From Bacillales bacterium UBA4682 (GTDB taxonomy: Bacteria; Bacillota_I; Bacilli_A; RFN20; CAG-288), in the NCBI GenBank assembly GCA_002404995.1, contig DHKY01000006.1, positions 144,520 through 208,519 of the forward strand: a stretch of 64,000 nt of DNA, in the 5' to 3' direction. The translations under genes were made by a program, and so were the position numbers. Positions 48,177-57,036 of this stretch are shown here, in pieces. Numbering within the stretch: position 1 is the first letter of the stretch; each line of letters starts with the position of its first letter. The notes below the pieces were generated by a model. The model was not told where the DNA came from. It saw only the letters and a program-made list of their open reading frames with translations, and ran no database searches.

Positions 48177-48374
48177 TTTTGTTTTCCTCCTAACAGTACA
48201 ATGCATTGTTTGGAAATACCTTAGCATTTGATAAAAAGTAATATCTAATATTTTCCGAACACAAAAATATTTTCTAGAATGAGCAAAAATGAGAAAAAAG
48301 ACCAAAGCCATGGGAAATCACATGTCTAATGTTAAAAAAAACAACAGAAAGGTAAGCGGTTACAGAAGGGACGA

Positions 48375-48410
48375 TTTAAAAAGCCTGATGCTTTTAATGA
48401 CATCAGGCTT
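48375..48410 (-). terminator. rho-independent terminator after the superoxide reductase gene
   Basis: aagcctgatg (48381-48390) pairs with catcaggctt (48401-48410). A T-run follows on the minus strand. Confidence 0.75.
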
Positions 48411-48416
48411 TAATTG

Positions 48417-48782
48417 TTACTTTGCTTCAGCGACCCAAAGGCCGTGGAGGTTGCAGTATTCGTAGACTTTTTCGAGCTTTTCGCCTTCTGCTAAGACAAA
48501 GTCTGCTTTCGGCTCGCCAGTTGGATTAAGCTGTTTCCTTTCGGCTTTCTGATCCGTGACAATAGCGATGAAAGCAATATGATGTGCTTCAGTCATCGGA
48601 TGGAGCGTAGAACCGACTTCGACATGGACCTTGTTTTCGCTGATGGTGAAGACAGGAACATGTTTTTCCTTGGCGGCATCAGTTGTGTTGGCAATGAGTT
48701 CAATCTCATTGTCATCGTTTATGCCTAATAGGGATAAGGTTACCTTTCCTGTTTCTTTGTTTTTGTAGAATTTGACATCCAT
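48417..48782 (-). CDS. sor: superoxide reductase (neelaredoxin / desulfoferrodoxin iron-binding domain)
   Basis: Motifs EKHVPV, VEVGSTLHPMTEAHHI and YCNLHGLW. AAAGGAG RBS. Confidence 0.88.
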   Translation of the reverse strand: MDVKFYKNKETGKVTLSLLGINDDNEIELIANTTDAAKEKHVPVFTISENKVHVEVGSTLHPMTEAHHIAFIAIVTDQKAERKQLNPTGEPKADFVLAEGEKLEKVYEYCNLHGLWVAEAK

Positions 48783-48807
48783 AGATCTATCTCCTTTCTG
48801 CTATGGC

Positions 48808-49053
48808 TTAATGGAAATACTCCCGTGCATCGAGCTCGTATTTCTTTTTGCATGCCTTGATGATATCAAAGATATTCCATAAGACACCGATTCCGATGCA
48901 AGTGTAGAGGAATTTGACTAACGCGAACTTCCAAGCATTCTTGAAGCTCTTTGCATAATAGAATTTATCAATGCCGAGCCATCCTAAGAAAACGAGGATG
49001 ACAATTAGCCAAGCATCTACTTTTTCTTCTTTGATTCCATATTCTTCATTCAT
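48808..49053 (-). CDS. TM2-domain membrane protein
   Basis: 81 aa with two hydrophobic helices and a GWLGIDKFY motif. Confidence 0.65.
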   Translation of the reverse strand: MNEEYGIKEEKVDAWLIVILVFLGWLGIDKFYYAKSFKNAWKFALVKFLYTCIGIGVLWNIFDIIKACKKKYELDAREYFH

Positions 49054-49263
49054 TTTGTTTATGTCCTTGTATTTACAAACTTATTATAACCGATTTTTCT
49101 ATTCAGTTATAGAAGAATGCTTGATTCTAAGATTAAATGAATTATATGCAAAAGATTTGTTCTGTTTGATTTTGACTTCTTTTTCAAAACTTGATGAAAA
49201 ATCAGCTCTGTGTCTTTGCCAAATTGTTTAAAAGCTATATAATAAAAAACGGGAAGCAAAATC

Positions 49264-49917
49264 ATGGTTAAGATATTTGTTACAGATCCAAATCAGAAAG
49301 AATTCGCTGCGAACACCTATGTCCTTGGAAAAATCGGTGGCCCCTGTGTCATCGTGGATTTAGGTTCTACGGATAAGGACATTCCGGACTATATTGATTC
49401 CCACTATGAAAAAGTAGCTGGTATTCTTCTCACACATGCACACTTCGATCATATCCGGGGAATTCCAAAACTTCTGAATTACTATAAGAAAAAGTACGAT
49501 ATTCCTGTCTATAGGAGCGAAGAGGATATCCCTCTGCTTTCTGATCCGAGGAAGAATGGATGTGGAAGGACAAGAGAGAACATTACAAGGAATCTAAATC
49601 CGATACCTGTACATGATGGTGAAACCCTGAAAATCGGAAAATATTCCTGCAAGGTAATCGCTACTCCGTTCCATACAGAGGGTTCGCTCTGTTATCTCTT
49701 CGAAGATGACAATGCACTGTTCACAGGAGATACTTTATTTGCAGGCTCGGTCGGACGAAGTGATTTGTCGACAAGTGACCCAGCAAAGAGGAATTCATCC
49801 CTTGAAAAGCTTCTATCTCTGAAGTCAACATTAGTCATTTACCCTGGCCATGGCCCTAGGACCAATCTAGGAAGAGAGAAGAGCAGCAATCCGTTCCTTC
49901 TTGCACTCGAAAAATAG
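49264..49917 (+). CDS. MBL-fold metallo-hydrolase (glyoxalase II-like)
   Basis: THAHFDHIRG, TPFHTEGS and GDTLFAGSVGR motifs. Confidence 0.88.
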   Translation: MVKIFVTDPNQKEFAANTYVLGKIGGPCVIVDLGSTDKDIPDYIDSHYEKVAGILLTHAHFDHIRGIPKLLNYYKKKYDIPVYRSEEDIPLLSDPRKNGCGRTRENITRNLNPIPVHDGETLKIGKYSCKVIATPFHTEGSLCYLFEDDNALFTGDTLFAGSVGRSDLSTSDPAKRNSSLEKLLSLKSTLVIYPGHGPRTNLGREKSSNPFLLALEK

Positions 49918-49925
49918 AAAAATGA

Positions 49926-49958
49926 AAGCCTGCCTCTTCTAATGGGGCAGGCTTTTTT
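49926..49958 (+). terminator. rho-independent terminator after the MBL-fold gene
   Basis: aaagcctgcc...ggcaggcttt followed by ttttt. Confidence 0.8.
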
Positions 49959-49960
49959 AA

Positions 49961-49992
49961 AACAGAAAAGGCTGTCTTCCGACAGCCCTTTT
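49961..49992 (-). terminator. rho-independent terminator after metG
   Basis: ggctgtc-ttcc-gacagcc, with a T-run on the minus strand (plus-strand cagaaaa). Confidence 0.75.
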
Positions 49993-50002
49993 GATTCGTG
50001 GG

Positions 50003-51613
50003 TTAATTTCCTTCTTTGGAATCAATCAAATCGGTAAGGAACTTCACTTCGTCTTCCTTCTTGAGACGGGGGAAGAGAGGGGAGGTTTCATTGAGAACGG
50101 TATTCCCAAGCTTTCCGATTTCATTTACGGAGGCAAGAGTGCGAAGCTCTTCAGGAACGTTTTCCTGATCTAAGGCAGACTTTGTCTTATTCGGCCTTGC
50201 AGGAGAAAGGAGAATTGAACCGATACGGATGATTTCTGCTGCGCAGTAGAGGGACTCGGCAAGAAGCTCTGTATTTCCCTTCTTAGCCTGAGACCAAGGA
50301 GCAATATCATCGAAATACTTATTACCGAGGGCAATCAATTCCATTGCTTTTGCAATACCACTAGTGATTTCAAGGTTTTCCCTGTAGATGTTGTACTGGT
50401 TAACCTTTTCTTTCACATCGGCATAAACCTTCTTTGTAAGGTCAGACTGTGGTTCTTTGTACTCCGGAATAACACCATTGAAGTATTTCTTGATCATTGA
50501 TAAGGCACGGTTGACCAAGTTACCATAGGTGTTGGCAAGATCCGCATTCCTACGATCAACGAATTGCAGAGGCGTGAACCTTCCGTCTTTTCCAAATTCG
50601 ATTTCACGGACCATGTAATAACGTAAGGCATCGACACCATAGCGTTCAATCAGCGGATACGGGCTCGGAGCATTGCCTAAGGATTTGGAAAGCTTGACTC
50701 CGGAACGGGTCAGAAGAAGACCATGGACAATGACTTTATCCGGTTCACGGAGGTTAAGTGCTTTAAGCAAAATCGGCCAGTAAATCGTGTGGAAACGGGT
50801 GATATCACGTCCAACCAAATGGACAATTTCGCAGTCATCTCCCCAGAAAGTGTTGAAAAGATGAGCATCTTCGGTCTTGTATCCTAAAGCAGAGATATAG
50901 TTGAGAAGTGCATCAATCCAGACATAGATGACGTGCTTCGGATCTTCTTTGGTCGGAATACCCCAGCTGAAGGAAGTACGGGTGATGCAAAGGTCTTCAA
51001 GTCCCGGCTTGATGAAGGTATTGACCCTTTCGTTGATTTTGTCCTGTGCACAGAAATCTGGATGGGTCTGGTAGAATTCAAGAAGCCATGGAACGAATTT
51101 CTTTACATTGAGGAAGTAGGCTTTTTCAGAGTCCCTGTGGACTGGACGATGGCAATCCGGGCAGAAGTGATTTCCTTTTTCATCGACGACAACCTGACTA
51201 TCAGACCAGAAGGTCTCATCTGGAGTGCAATACCAACCTTTGTATTCGCCAAGGTAGATATCCCCTTTTTCTAAGAGTTCTGTAAAGACTTTCTGAACAA
51301 GTTCAGTATGGTAGGAATCGGTTGTACGGACATACCAGTCATAGGAGATATCCAGTGCTTTCCAGACATCCTTGAAGGACTGGGCGATTTTATCTACGTA
51401 TGCTTTGGGTTCCAGTCCTGCAGCTTCTGCCTTTTGTTGGATTTTCTGTCCGTGCTCATCAGATCCTGTCCTGAAACGGACATTGTAGCCGGCTAAACGT
51501 TTGTAACGGGCAATGGTATCCGCGCAGACGCAGCAATAAGTGTGTCCGATATGAATGTTTCCGGAAGCGTAGTAGATCGGAGTTGTGATATAAAAGTTCG
51601 TTTTCTTTTCCAT
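50003..51613 (-). CDS. metG: methionyl-tRNA synthetase (short form, no C-terminal tRNA-binding appendix)
   Basis: HIGH-type motif YASGNIHIGH. Zinc knuckle CPDCHRP. KMSKS-type motif KLSKSLGN. Anticodon-domain motifs GNLVNR and APW. AGGAGG RBS. Confidence 0.95.
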   Translation of the reverse strand: MEKKTNFYITTPIYYASGNIHIGHTYCCVCADTIARYKRLAGYNVRFRTGSDEHGQKIQQKAEAAGLEPKAYVDKIAQSFKDVWKALDISYDWYVRTTDSYHTELVQKVFTELLEKGDIYLGEYKGWYCTPDETFWSDSQVVVDEKGNHFCPDCHRPVHRDSEKAYFLNVKKFVPWLLEFYQTHPDFCAQDKINERVNTFIKPGLEDLCITRTSFSWGIPTKEDPKHVIYVWIDALLNYISALGYKTEDAHLFNTFWGDDCEIVHLVGRDITRFHTIYWPILLKALNLREPDKVIVHGLLLTRSGVKLSKSLGNAPSPYPLIERYGVDALRYYMVREIEFGKDGRFTPLQFVDRRNADLANTYGNLVNRALSMIKKYFNGVIPEYKEPQSDLTKKVYADVKEKVNQYNIYRENLEITSGIAKAMELIALGNKYFDDIAPWSQAKKGNTELLAESLYCAAEIIRIGSILLSPARPNKTKSALDQENVPEELRTLASVNEIGKLGNTVLNETSPLFPRLKKEDEVKFLTDLIDSKEGN

Positions 51614-51829
51614 AGTGAAGATAATCCTCCTAAAGTCAATTCTTGTATATTATAAGGCAAAACAGAGCAAAATTCCGATAAGATAGGGGGATACCGGTTT
51701 CTTTTTCTAGAATATACTTGAAATGAGTAATTTCAAGATTGTTTTCAGAAAGAGATAGTGACATTCAGAACACGCTTGAACAGATTTTCCGGTGGATTTT
51801 CGATCCTTTTTGGCTATAATAGACTAGTT

Positions 51830-52249
51830 ATGAACATCCTGTTTTTTTTAATTCCAAAAAGTCAGGTTGCTTACGCCGATGCTGATTCGTCGATCCGCCA
51901 GGTCGTCGAGAAGCTTTCCTACCACCATTACACCGCCATCCCCCTATTGTCTAAGGACGGAAAATACGTTCGCACAATATCGGAAGGCGATATTTTTTGG
52001 TTCATCAAGAACGAAAGAGACTGGAATTACAAGAATGCGGAAGAAAGTCTGATATCTTCTGTCCCCTGTCGGAGAAGAATCGAATCAATTCGTTTCGATG
52101 CGGACAGGAATGATCTTCTTCATCTTGCAATCAACCAGAACTTTGTTCCGGTTCTGGATGAAAAAGGAATCTTCATGGGAATCATTACCCGAAAAAGCAT
52201 CATTCTCTATTTTGCTGAAAACAATAAAAATACAGAAAAGAAAGGATAG
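51830..52249 (+). CDS. CBS-pair domain protein (YkuL-like)
   Basis: FLIPKSQVAYA...YTAIPLLSKDGKYVRTISEGDI...FVPVLDEKGIFMGIITRKSI. The ATG at 51830 gives the usual length of about 140 aa. The track's GTG at 51758 would add 24 atypical residues. Confidence 0.7.
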   Translation: MNILFFLIPKSQVAYADADSSIRQVVEKLSYHHYTAIPLLSKDGKYVRTISEGDIFWFIKNERDWNYKNAEESLISSVPCRRRIESIRFDADRNDLLHLAINQNFVPVLDEKGIFMGIITRKSIILYFAENNKNTEKKG

Positions 52250-52258
52250 GCATTCGAT

Positions 52259-53866
52259 ATGGAAAAGTACATTTTCGTTACAGGCGGCGTCATTTCTGGA
52301 TTAGGAAAGGGAATCACTGCCGCAAGTCTTGGCCGTTTGCTCAAAGCCCGTGGCTATAAGGTTACCAGGCAGAAATTTGATCCGTATCTGAACGTTGACC
52401 CTGGAACAAGGTCTCCAATCCAGCATGGTGAGGTTTTCGTAACCGATGACGGCACTGAGACCGATCTTGATCTTGGACATTATGAACGTTTTATCGATGA
52501 AAAGCTCGATAAGCATTCCAATGTCACAACTGGCAAAATCTATGAAACCGTTCTTGCCAAGGAGCGTCATGGTGATTACGGAGGAGGCACTGTTCAAGTC
52601 ATTCCTCATGTCACGAATGAAATCAAATCCCGTTTCCATCGTAATTTCAAGACTGATGAAACTGGAATTACGATTGTTGAAATCGGTGGTACGATTGGCG
52701 ATATTGAATCCCAGCCTTTCTTTGAAGCCATCCGCCAGTTCCGTCATGAAATCGGCGGTGAGAATGTCTGCATCGTCATGGTTTCTCTGATTCCGTATCT
52801 CCATGCCAGCGATGAACTTAAGACAAAGCCGACTCAGATGGCGGTTAAGACACTTCAGTCTATGGGACTTCAGCCGGACATCATTGTCTGCCGTAGTGAA
52901 TATGAAATCCCGGACAATGTGATTGATAAGCTTTCCCTTTTCTGCAATGTTCCACCGTCTCATGTCCTTCCGAACCTCAATGTCGAGAGTGTTTATGAAC
53001 TTCCTCTTGTCTTAGAGAAAGAGCATCTTGCCCAAGCTGTCTGTGAGACTCTTCATATTCCTGCACCGGAGCCGAATCTTTCTGGATGGGAAGCAATGGT
53101 CGAGAAGGTCAAGTCTTCGAAAGAGAAAATTAAGATTACGATGGTCGGCAAATACAGGGCTCTTCATGATGCCTATATCTCCGTCAATGAGGCTTTAAAA
53201 GCTGCTGGCTGGTTCTATAACAAGAAAGTCGAAATCAATTGGGTTGAATCGGAAGAAGTCACACCAGAAACTGTGGAATCCATTCTTAAGGATTCTGATG
53301 GTCTTTTGGTTCCTGGCGGATTCGGCTCCCGCGGTATTCCTGGAAGGCTTGAAGCCATCAAGTATGCCCGTGAACATAAGATGCCGTTCTTAGGAATCTG
53401 CCTTGGAAGGCAGACTGCGATTATCGAGTTTGCACGGGATGTCTTGCATTTCAGTGATGCCAATTCGACGGAGTTCGATGCTTCGACCAGGCATCCGGTG
53501 ATTGCATTGAGGCCAGAACAGAATTCTGTTAAGAACTTAGGCGGAACGAGGCGTCTTGGTGCTTATCCGTGTCATCTTGATTCGAATTCTAAATCCTATC
53601 AGCTCTACGGAACTGAGAACATTTCCGAACGTCACCGTCATCGTTATGAAGTCAATAACGATTATCGTGAGGCCTTCAGGAGAGCTGGACTTGTTCCGGT
53701 TGGATTCTCTCCGGATCAGCATATTGTCGAAAGGATTGAAATCCCGTCTCATCCTTTCTTCGTTGCTACTCAGGCTCATCCGGAATTTAAATCTCGTCCG
53801 GACCATCCACATCCGCTCTTCAAGGGATTGATTGCTGCTGCAATCGAATACAAGAAGTCTAAATAA
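52259..53866 (+). CDS. pyrG: CTP synthase
   Basis: Motifs YIFVTGGVISGLGKGI, VT[M]QKFDPYLNVDPGT[M]SP.QHGEVFVTDDG, GFGSRG, LGICLG[M]Q and HRHRYEVN. Confidence 0.97.
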   Translation: MEKYIFVTGGVISGLGKGITAASLGRLLKARGYKVTRQKFDPYLNVDPGTRSPIQHGEVFVTDDGTETDLDLGHYERFIDEKLDKHSNVTTGKIYETVLAKERHGDYGGGTVQVIPHVTNEIKSRFHRNFKTDETGITIVEIGGTIGDIESQPFFEAIRQFRHEIGGENVCIVMVSLIPYLHASDELKTKPTQMAVKTLQSMGLQPDIIVCRSEYEIPDNVIDKLSLFCNVPPSHVLPNLNVESVYELPLVLEKEHLAQAVCETLHIPAPEPNLSGWEAMVEKVKSSKEKIKITMVGKYRALHDAYISVNEALKAAGWFYNKKVEINWVESEEVTPETVESILKDSDGLLVPGGFGSRGIPGRLEAIKYAREHKMPFLGICLGRQTAIIEFARDVLHFSDANSTEFDASTRHPVIALRPEQNSVKNLGGTRRLGAYPCHLDSNSKSYQLYGTENISERHRHRYEVNNDYREAFRRAGLVPVGFSPDQHIVERIEIPSHPFFVATQAHPEFKSRPDHPHPLFKGLIAAAIEYKKSK

Positions 53867-53903
53867 AAAAACAGGGCTGTCCTAATTAGGGCAGCCCTAT
53901 TTG
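53864..53903. terminator. shared hairpin between convergent pyrG and the NERD gene (T-run only on the minus-strand side)
   Basis: agggctgtcc-taatta-gggcagccct. It is preceded on the plus strand by aaaaaaa. Confidence 0.65.
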
Positions 53904-53924
53904 GTTGTACTATGCGAAGACTTT

Positions 53925-54641
53925 TTAAATTATCCTGTTTTTTTCCTGGATGTTTTTCAAGTGTTCTTCTTTTGTGATTCCGTAGTGATTCAGAATATCT
54001 TCAAATTGATTATAGACTCTCTCGACATATTGCCTGCTATACGGAGCTTCTTCGGTCCGTTTCCGGATAAATTGATTGGCAGATTCAGTAGTAAATAAGC
54101 GATTGTTTTTTACATCGAGTGTGACACTGCCGGAAAATACTACCCTTGAGATCCTTTTCGGTGGATTGGATTGAAACCTATGCATCAGATGCTGGATATG
54201 TTTTTCGTTTTGTAAAATTGGATTTTTGACTTTCTTTTGCTGGTCCCTGTTTGGTTTAATCTGCATCCAGGTTTCTTCGTTTGGATTCCCTTTTATGATT
54301 CCACTCCAATTCTTTGTCTCGATAACAAAGATGCCACCACGAGTAATAACGATATGATCTATCTCACTAGAGTATCCACGGCTGTCACAGAAACAAAAAG
54401 AATTGAAAAGCCCGCCATCGTAGTCTTTGCAAATTCTTTCACACATCGAGGAGACAATCTTTTCCCCTTCTTCACCGGCAAGTTCTCTTTTGAGTTCTTC
54501 TTTTTTGTGTGAAAGAGGAAGCTCTTCTTCTCCTTCTTCTCTTCCTTTTTTTCGGATTAGGAGGATTAAGCCGACGATGATGGCTGCAATGAATAAGATA
54601 AACAAAACGGCAATTCCTAAGACAAGAAAAGCATCATTCAT
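53925..54641 (-). CDS. NERD (nuclease-related domain) protein with an N-terminal membrane anchor
   Basis: The N-terminal helix FLVLGIAVLFILFIAAIIVGLILLI, then GEEGEKIV...SEIDHIVITRGGIFVIETKNW, is typical of NERD. AGGAGG RBS. Confidence 0.8.
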   Translation of the reverse strand: MNDAFLVLGIAVLFILFIAAIIVGLILLIRKKGREEGEEELPLSHKKEELKRELAGEEGEKIVSSMCERICKDYDGGLFNSFCFCDSRGYSSEIDHIVITRGGIFVIETKNWSGIIKGNPNEETWMQIKPNRDQQKKVKNPILQNEKHIQHLMHRFQSNPPKRISRVVFSGSVTLDVKNNRLFTTESANQFIRKRTEEAPYSRQYVERVYNQFEDILNHYGITKEEHLKNIQEKNRII

Positions 54642-54654
54642 TTGAACCTCCTGT

Positions 54655-54690
54655 TTATAAAGAAAATGCCTCCCTTTTTGAGGGAGGCAT
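54655..54690 (-). terminator. rho-independent terminator after the GntR-family gene
   Basis: atgcctccct-ttttg-agggaggcat, with a T-run on the minus strand. Confidence 0.8.
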
Positions 54691-54708
54691 AAATTCTATT
54701 GCTTAAGA

Positions 54709-55359
54709 CTAAGCGTTTTCGCCCTGGTTGATGACACCATAGGTGAGGAAGGATAAGACACGGTCATAGGTGAGATTATCCTTGCCGACGAAGATGAGCT
54801 TATCGCCAGCATGGAGAACAAAATCCGGACCGACAGACTGTTTGGTGATGTTGTCGGATCCGACAACAGCAACAATCGTTGCTTCGGTGTAGTTCCAGAA
54901 ATAGACTTCGCCGACGGTCTTGCCGTTGATCCAGCTGTTTTGCGGAATCTCGACACTGGAGAACTTGACTGCTTCAGTGGTCTGGAAGGTGAAAGAGTCT
55001 TTCCTGTCATCGATAGCTTCGTTGATTTTTGCCTGAAGGTCTTTCTGTTCGATTAAGAGTTTTTCGAGGTTTGCGTATTTGTCCTTAATCTGGGTTTCGG
55101 CTTTCCATTTGTTAGCGAATTCCTGAGCATGTAAGACCGAATCGACAAAGACACCGACACCACGCTTCGAAGAGACGACTTTTTCCTTTTCAAGGATGTT
55201 AAGTGCCTTGCGGACAGTCTCCGGAGAGACGCCATAGGCAGCACCTAAGATGGAGCGTCCTTTTAAGAGTGTTCCTTCCGGATATTCACCGGTAAGAATC
55301 TTTCCGCAGACGTCCTGTGCAATCTTAATGTAACGGGGAGTAGATCTTTCTTTAGCCAT
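54709..55359 (-). CDS. GntR-family transcriptional regulator with a C-terminal TrkA-C (RCK_C) domain
   Basis: wHTH segment PRYIKIAQD...G.LLKGRSILGAAYGVSPETVRKALNILEKEKVV.SKRGVGVFV. C-terminal segment NGKTVGEV...ATIVAV...HAGDKLIFVG. Confidence 0.85.
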   Translation of the reverse strand: MAKERSTPRYIKIAQDVCGKILTGEYPEGTLLKGRSILGAAYGVSPETVRKALNILEKEKVVSSKRGVGVFVDSVLHAQEFANKWKAETQIKDKYANLEKLLIEQKDLQAKINEAIDDRKDSFTFQTTEAVKFSSVEIPQNSWINGKTVGEVYFWNYTEATIVAVVGSDNITKQSVGPDFVLHAGDKLIFVGKDNLTYDRVLSFLTYGVINQGENA

Positions 55360-55671
55360 ACAATAGTTTCCTCCAAAACTTGTACGACAATTATAATTGA
55401 GAATTTCAGGAAAAACAATCAGAGAAACGAAAAAATACTTGTTCCGACTTTGCTTTTTTTATAGGTTGCTTATTAAAAATGCCGAAAACAAAGGGCTTTT
55501 TCACTCTTTTTCTTTTTTCTCTTTTTTATTATCTTTCCTGCTTTGCTGTTTTCTTCTTCCTAAAATCCTGTATTGCTTTCTTTTGCCTTTGCTGATGTTG
55601 TAAAAAAACGTTCTTTATTAGATAATATAATGCTGTAGTTCTTAGGACTACTGAATTTAGAAGGTAATAAC

Positions 55672-56976
55672 ATGGGTAACAAGAATAATATCAATTCTCA
55701 GAATGTCAAAGCCAAGAAGAAAGCAAAAGTTCCTTTTGTAACGATTGTTAAGTCTCTTTATTCCAACCAAGCGGCTATTGAAAGCCGTAAAAGGCCATGG
55801 TATTGGTTTTTGATTATTACTATCTTATCTGTCTTCCTTGTCTGGATCCCGATGCTGACATCCGGATACAAATCGAATGCTGCCGGTGCACTCGCTGCCA
55901 CTTCTAATTACGAAGTCACCAAAGCATTGAAGCATGTCATCAGCGAAGAAGACTATTTCAAGTCCATCAAGGTTGCTGAAAACAGCGACGGAAAGCTTGT
56001 TTTGGATAGGGATTCCCTTTCTGGATACGGAGCCTCTTCCCCGGAAGCAACCTGGAATACTGAATATTGTCTTCAGAACAATATCAAGCCTCTGTTCCGC
56101 GGAAACTACAACGATTCTTCGGATCATGATGCCAGTGCCTATATCAAGACTTTCACGAATAAAAGCTACGAGTATTATTTCGATTGTATCGGCGTTAAGA
56201 ATACCGGCAACAGGAATAAACCAAGTGTTTCCCAGAGTTCTGCCTCTACTACTGTCGAATACGAAACCGAGCAGACGACTTTCCTAGAAGCTTACTACTT
56301 CCCGAAACTCAATTCCTCGGAAGCTGACTATGCTTCTTATCTCAATAATTTTATTTCTTCTGTCATCCTTGACAGGGACAAAGATGGAAAGCTCGGTCGT
56401 TATCCGCATTCTTTCCTGCTTCTCGGCCAGGATTTCAGGAATGTCGGATTCTTCGGACTTCAGACTACGAAATCTGTTACGAAGAGGTCGGCTACTTACC
56501 AGGGAAATGTCTCGGATGGCTTAGAAGGCATCAACGCAAAGAGCGGAGATACTTTCTATTCTGTCATCAGCAAAGACTACAAGACGATTGATGATATCTA
56601 TGAGAAAGGCTTCATTGGCTTTGCCCATGCTTCTGGACGCAATGCGACGATTCAGGCAACCTGGCTTAATATTGCCATTGCTTCCGGTATTGTCGGAGGT
56701 CTTATCCTTCTTGGCGCTCTCATTCTCTTCTTAATGCATCGTCGTAAGATTTCCGTTTATCGTGATACGAATTTCTATCATGCGCTTAAGGAGTCTGCTG
56801 CTAGGACGTTTACCCCCTCTCTTATCGCAAGGATCCTTGGATTCAGGTCTTCTCAGTATAGGTACAGGATCCTGATTGCCGGTGTCTTAAGGCGTATTGT
56901 TTTCGCTAATAATAAAATCTGCCCTCCGAGGAACACTCAATCCGACAATAAACCGTTATATCAGGCACGCGACTAA
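55672..56976 (+). CDS. hypothetical membrane protein
   Basis: 434 aa. N-terminal TM (WYWFLIITILSVFLVWIP), a large non-hydrophobic middle section and C-terminal TM segments. No motif recognised. Confidence 0.65.
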   Translation: MGNKNNINSQNVKAKKKAKVPFVTIVKSLYSNQAAIESRKRPWYWFLIITILSVFLVWIPMLTSGYKSNAAGALAATSNYEVTKALKHVISEEDYFKSIKVAENSDGKLVLDRDSLSGYGASSPEATWNTEYCLQNNIKPLFRGNYNDSSDHDASAYIKTFTNKSYEYYFDCIGVKNTGNRNKPSVSQSSASTTVEYETEQTTFLEAYYFPKLNSSEADYASYLNNFISSVILDRDKDGKLGRYPHSFLLLGQDFRNVGFFGLQTTKSVTKRSATYQGNVSDGLEGINAKSGDTFYSVISKDYKTIDDIYEKGFIGFAHASGRNATIQATWLNIAIASGIVGGLILLGALILFLMHRRKISVYRDTNFYHALKESAARTFTPSLIARILGFRSSQYRYRILIAGVLRRIVFANNKICPPRNTQSDNKPLYQARD

Positions 56977-57036
56977 TCCTATCTTTTATTCCTCTTTTTC
57001 GTCGCTCCCCTGAGGAAAGGAAGACGAAACACCAAT

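Noticed and set aside
48177-48311. N-terminal extensions from alternative upstream starts: lipoprotein 48311, prs 13191, tdk 63856, oppA 32252, GH2 21201
   Set aside because: In each case an internal ATG with a GGAGG-type RBS gives the homology-consistent or signal-peptide-consistent N-terminus. The extensions run through the RBS itself.
51614-51757. T-box riboswitch upstream of metG
   Set aside because: The leader between the -10 element and the ATG is only about 40 nt. I saw no specifier or antiterminator architecture and no T-box consensus sequence.
55397-55603. 68-aa ORF in the T-rich gntR / membrane-protein intergenic region
   Set aside because: It is low-complexity F/L-rich translation of a poly-T-rich divergent promoter region. 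It has no RBS.
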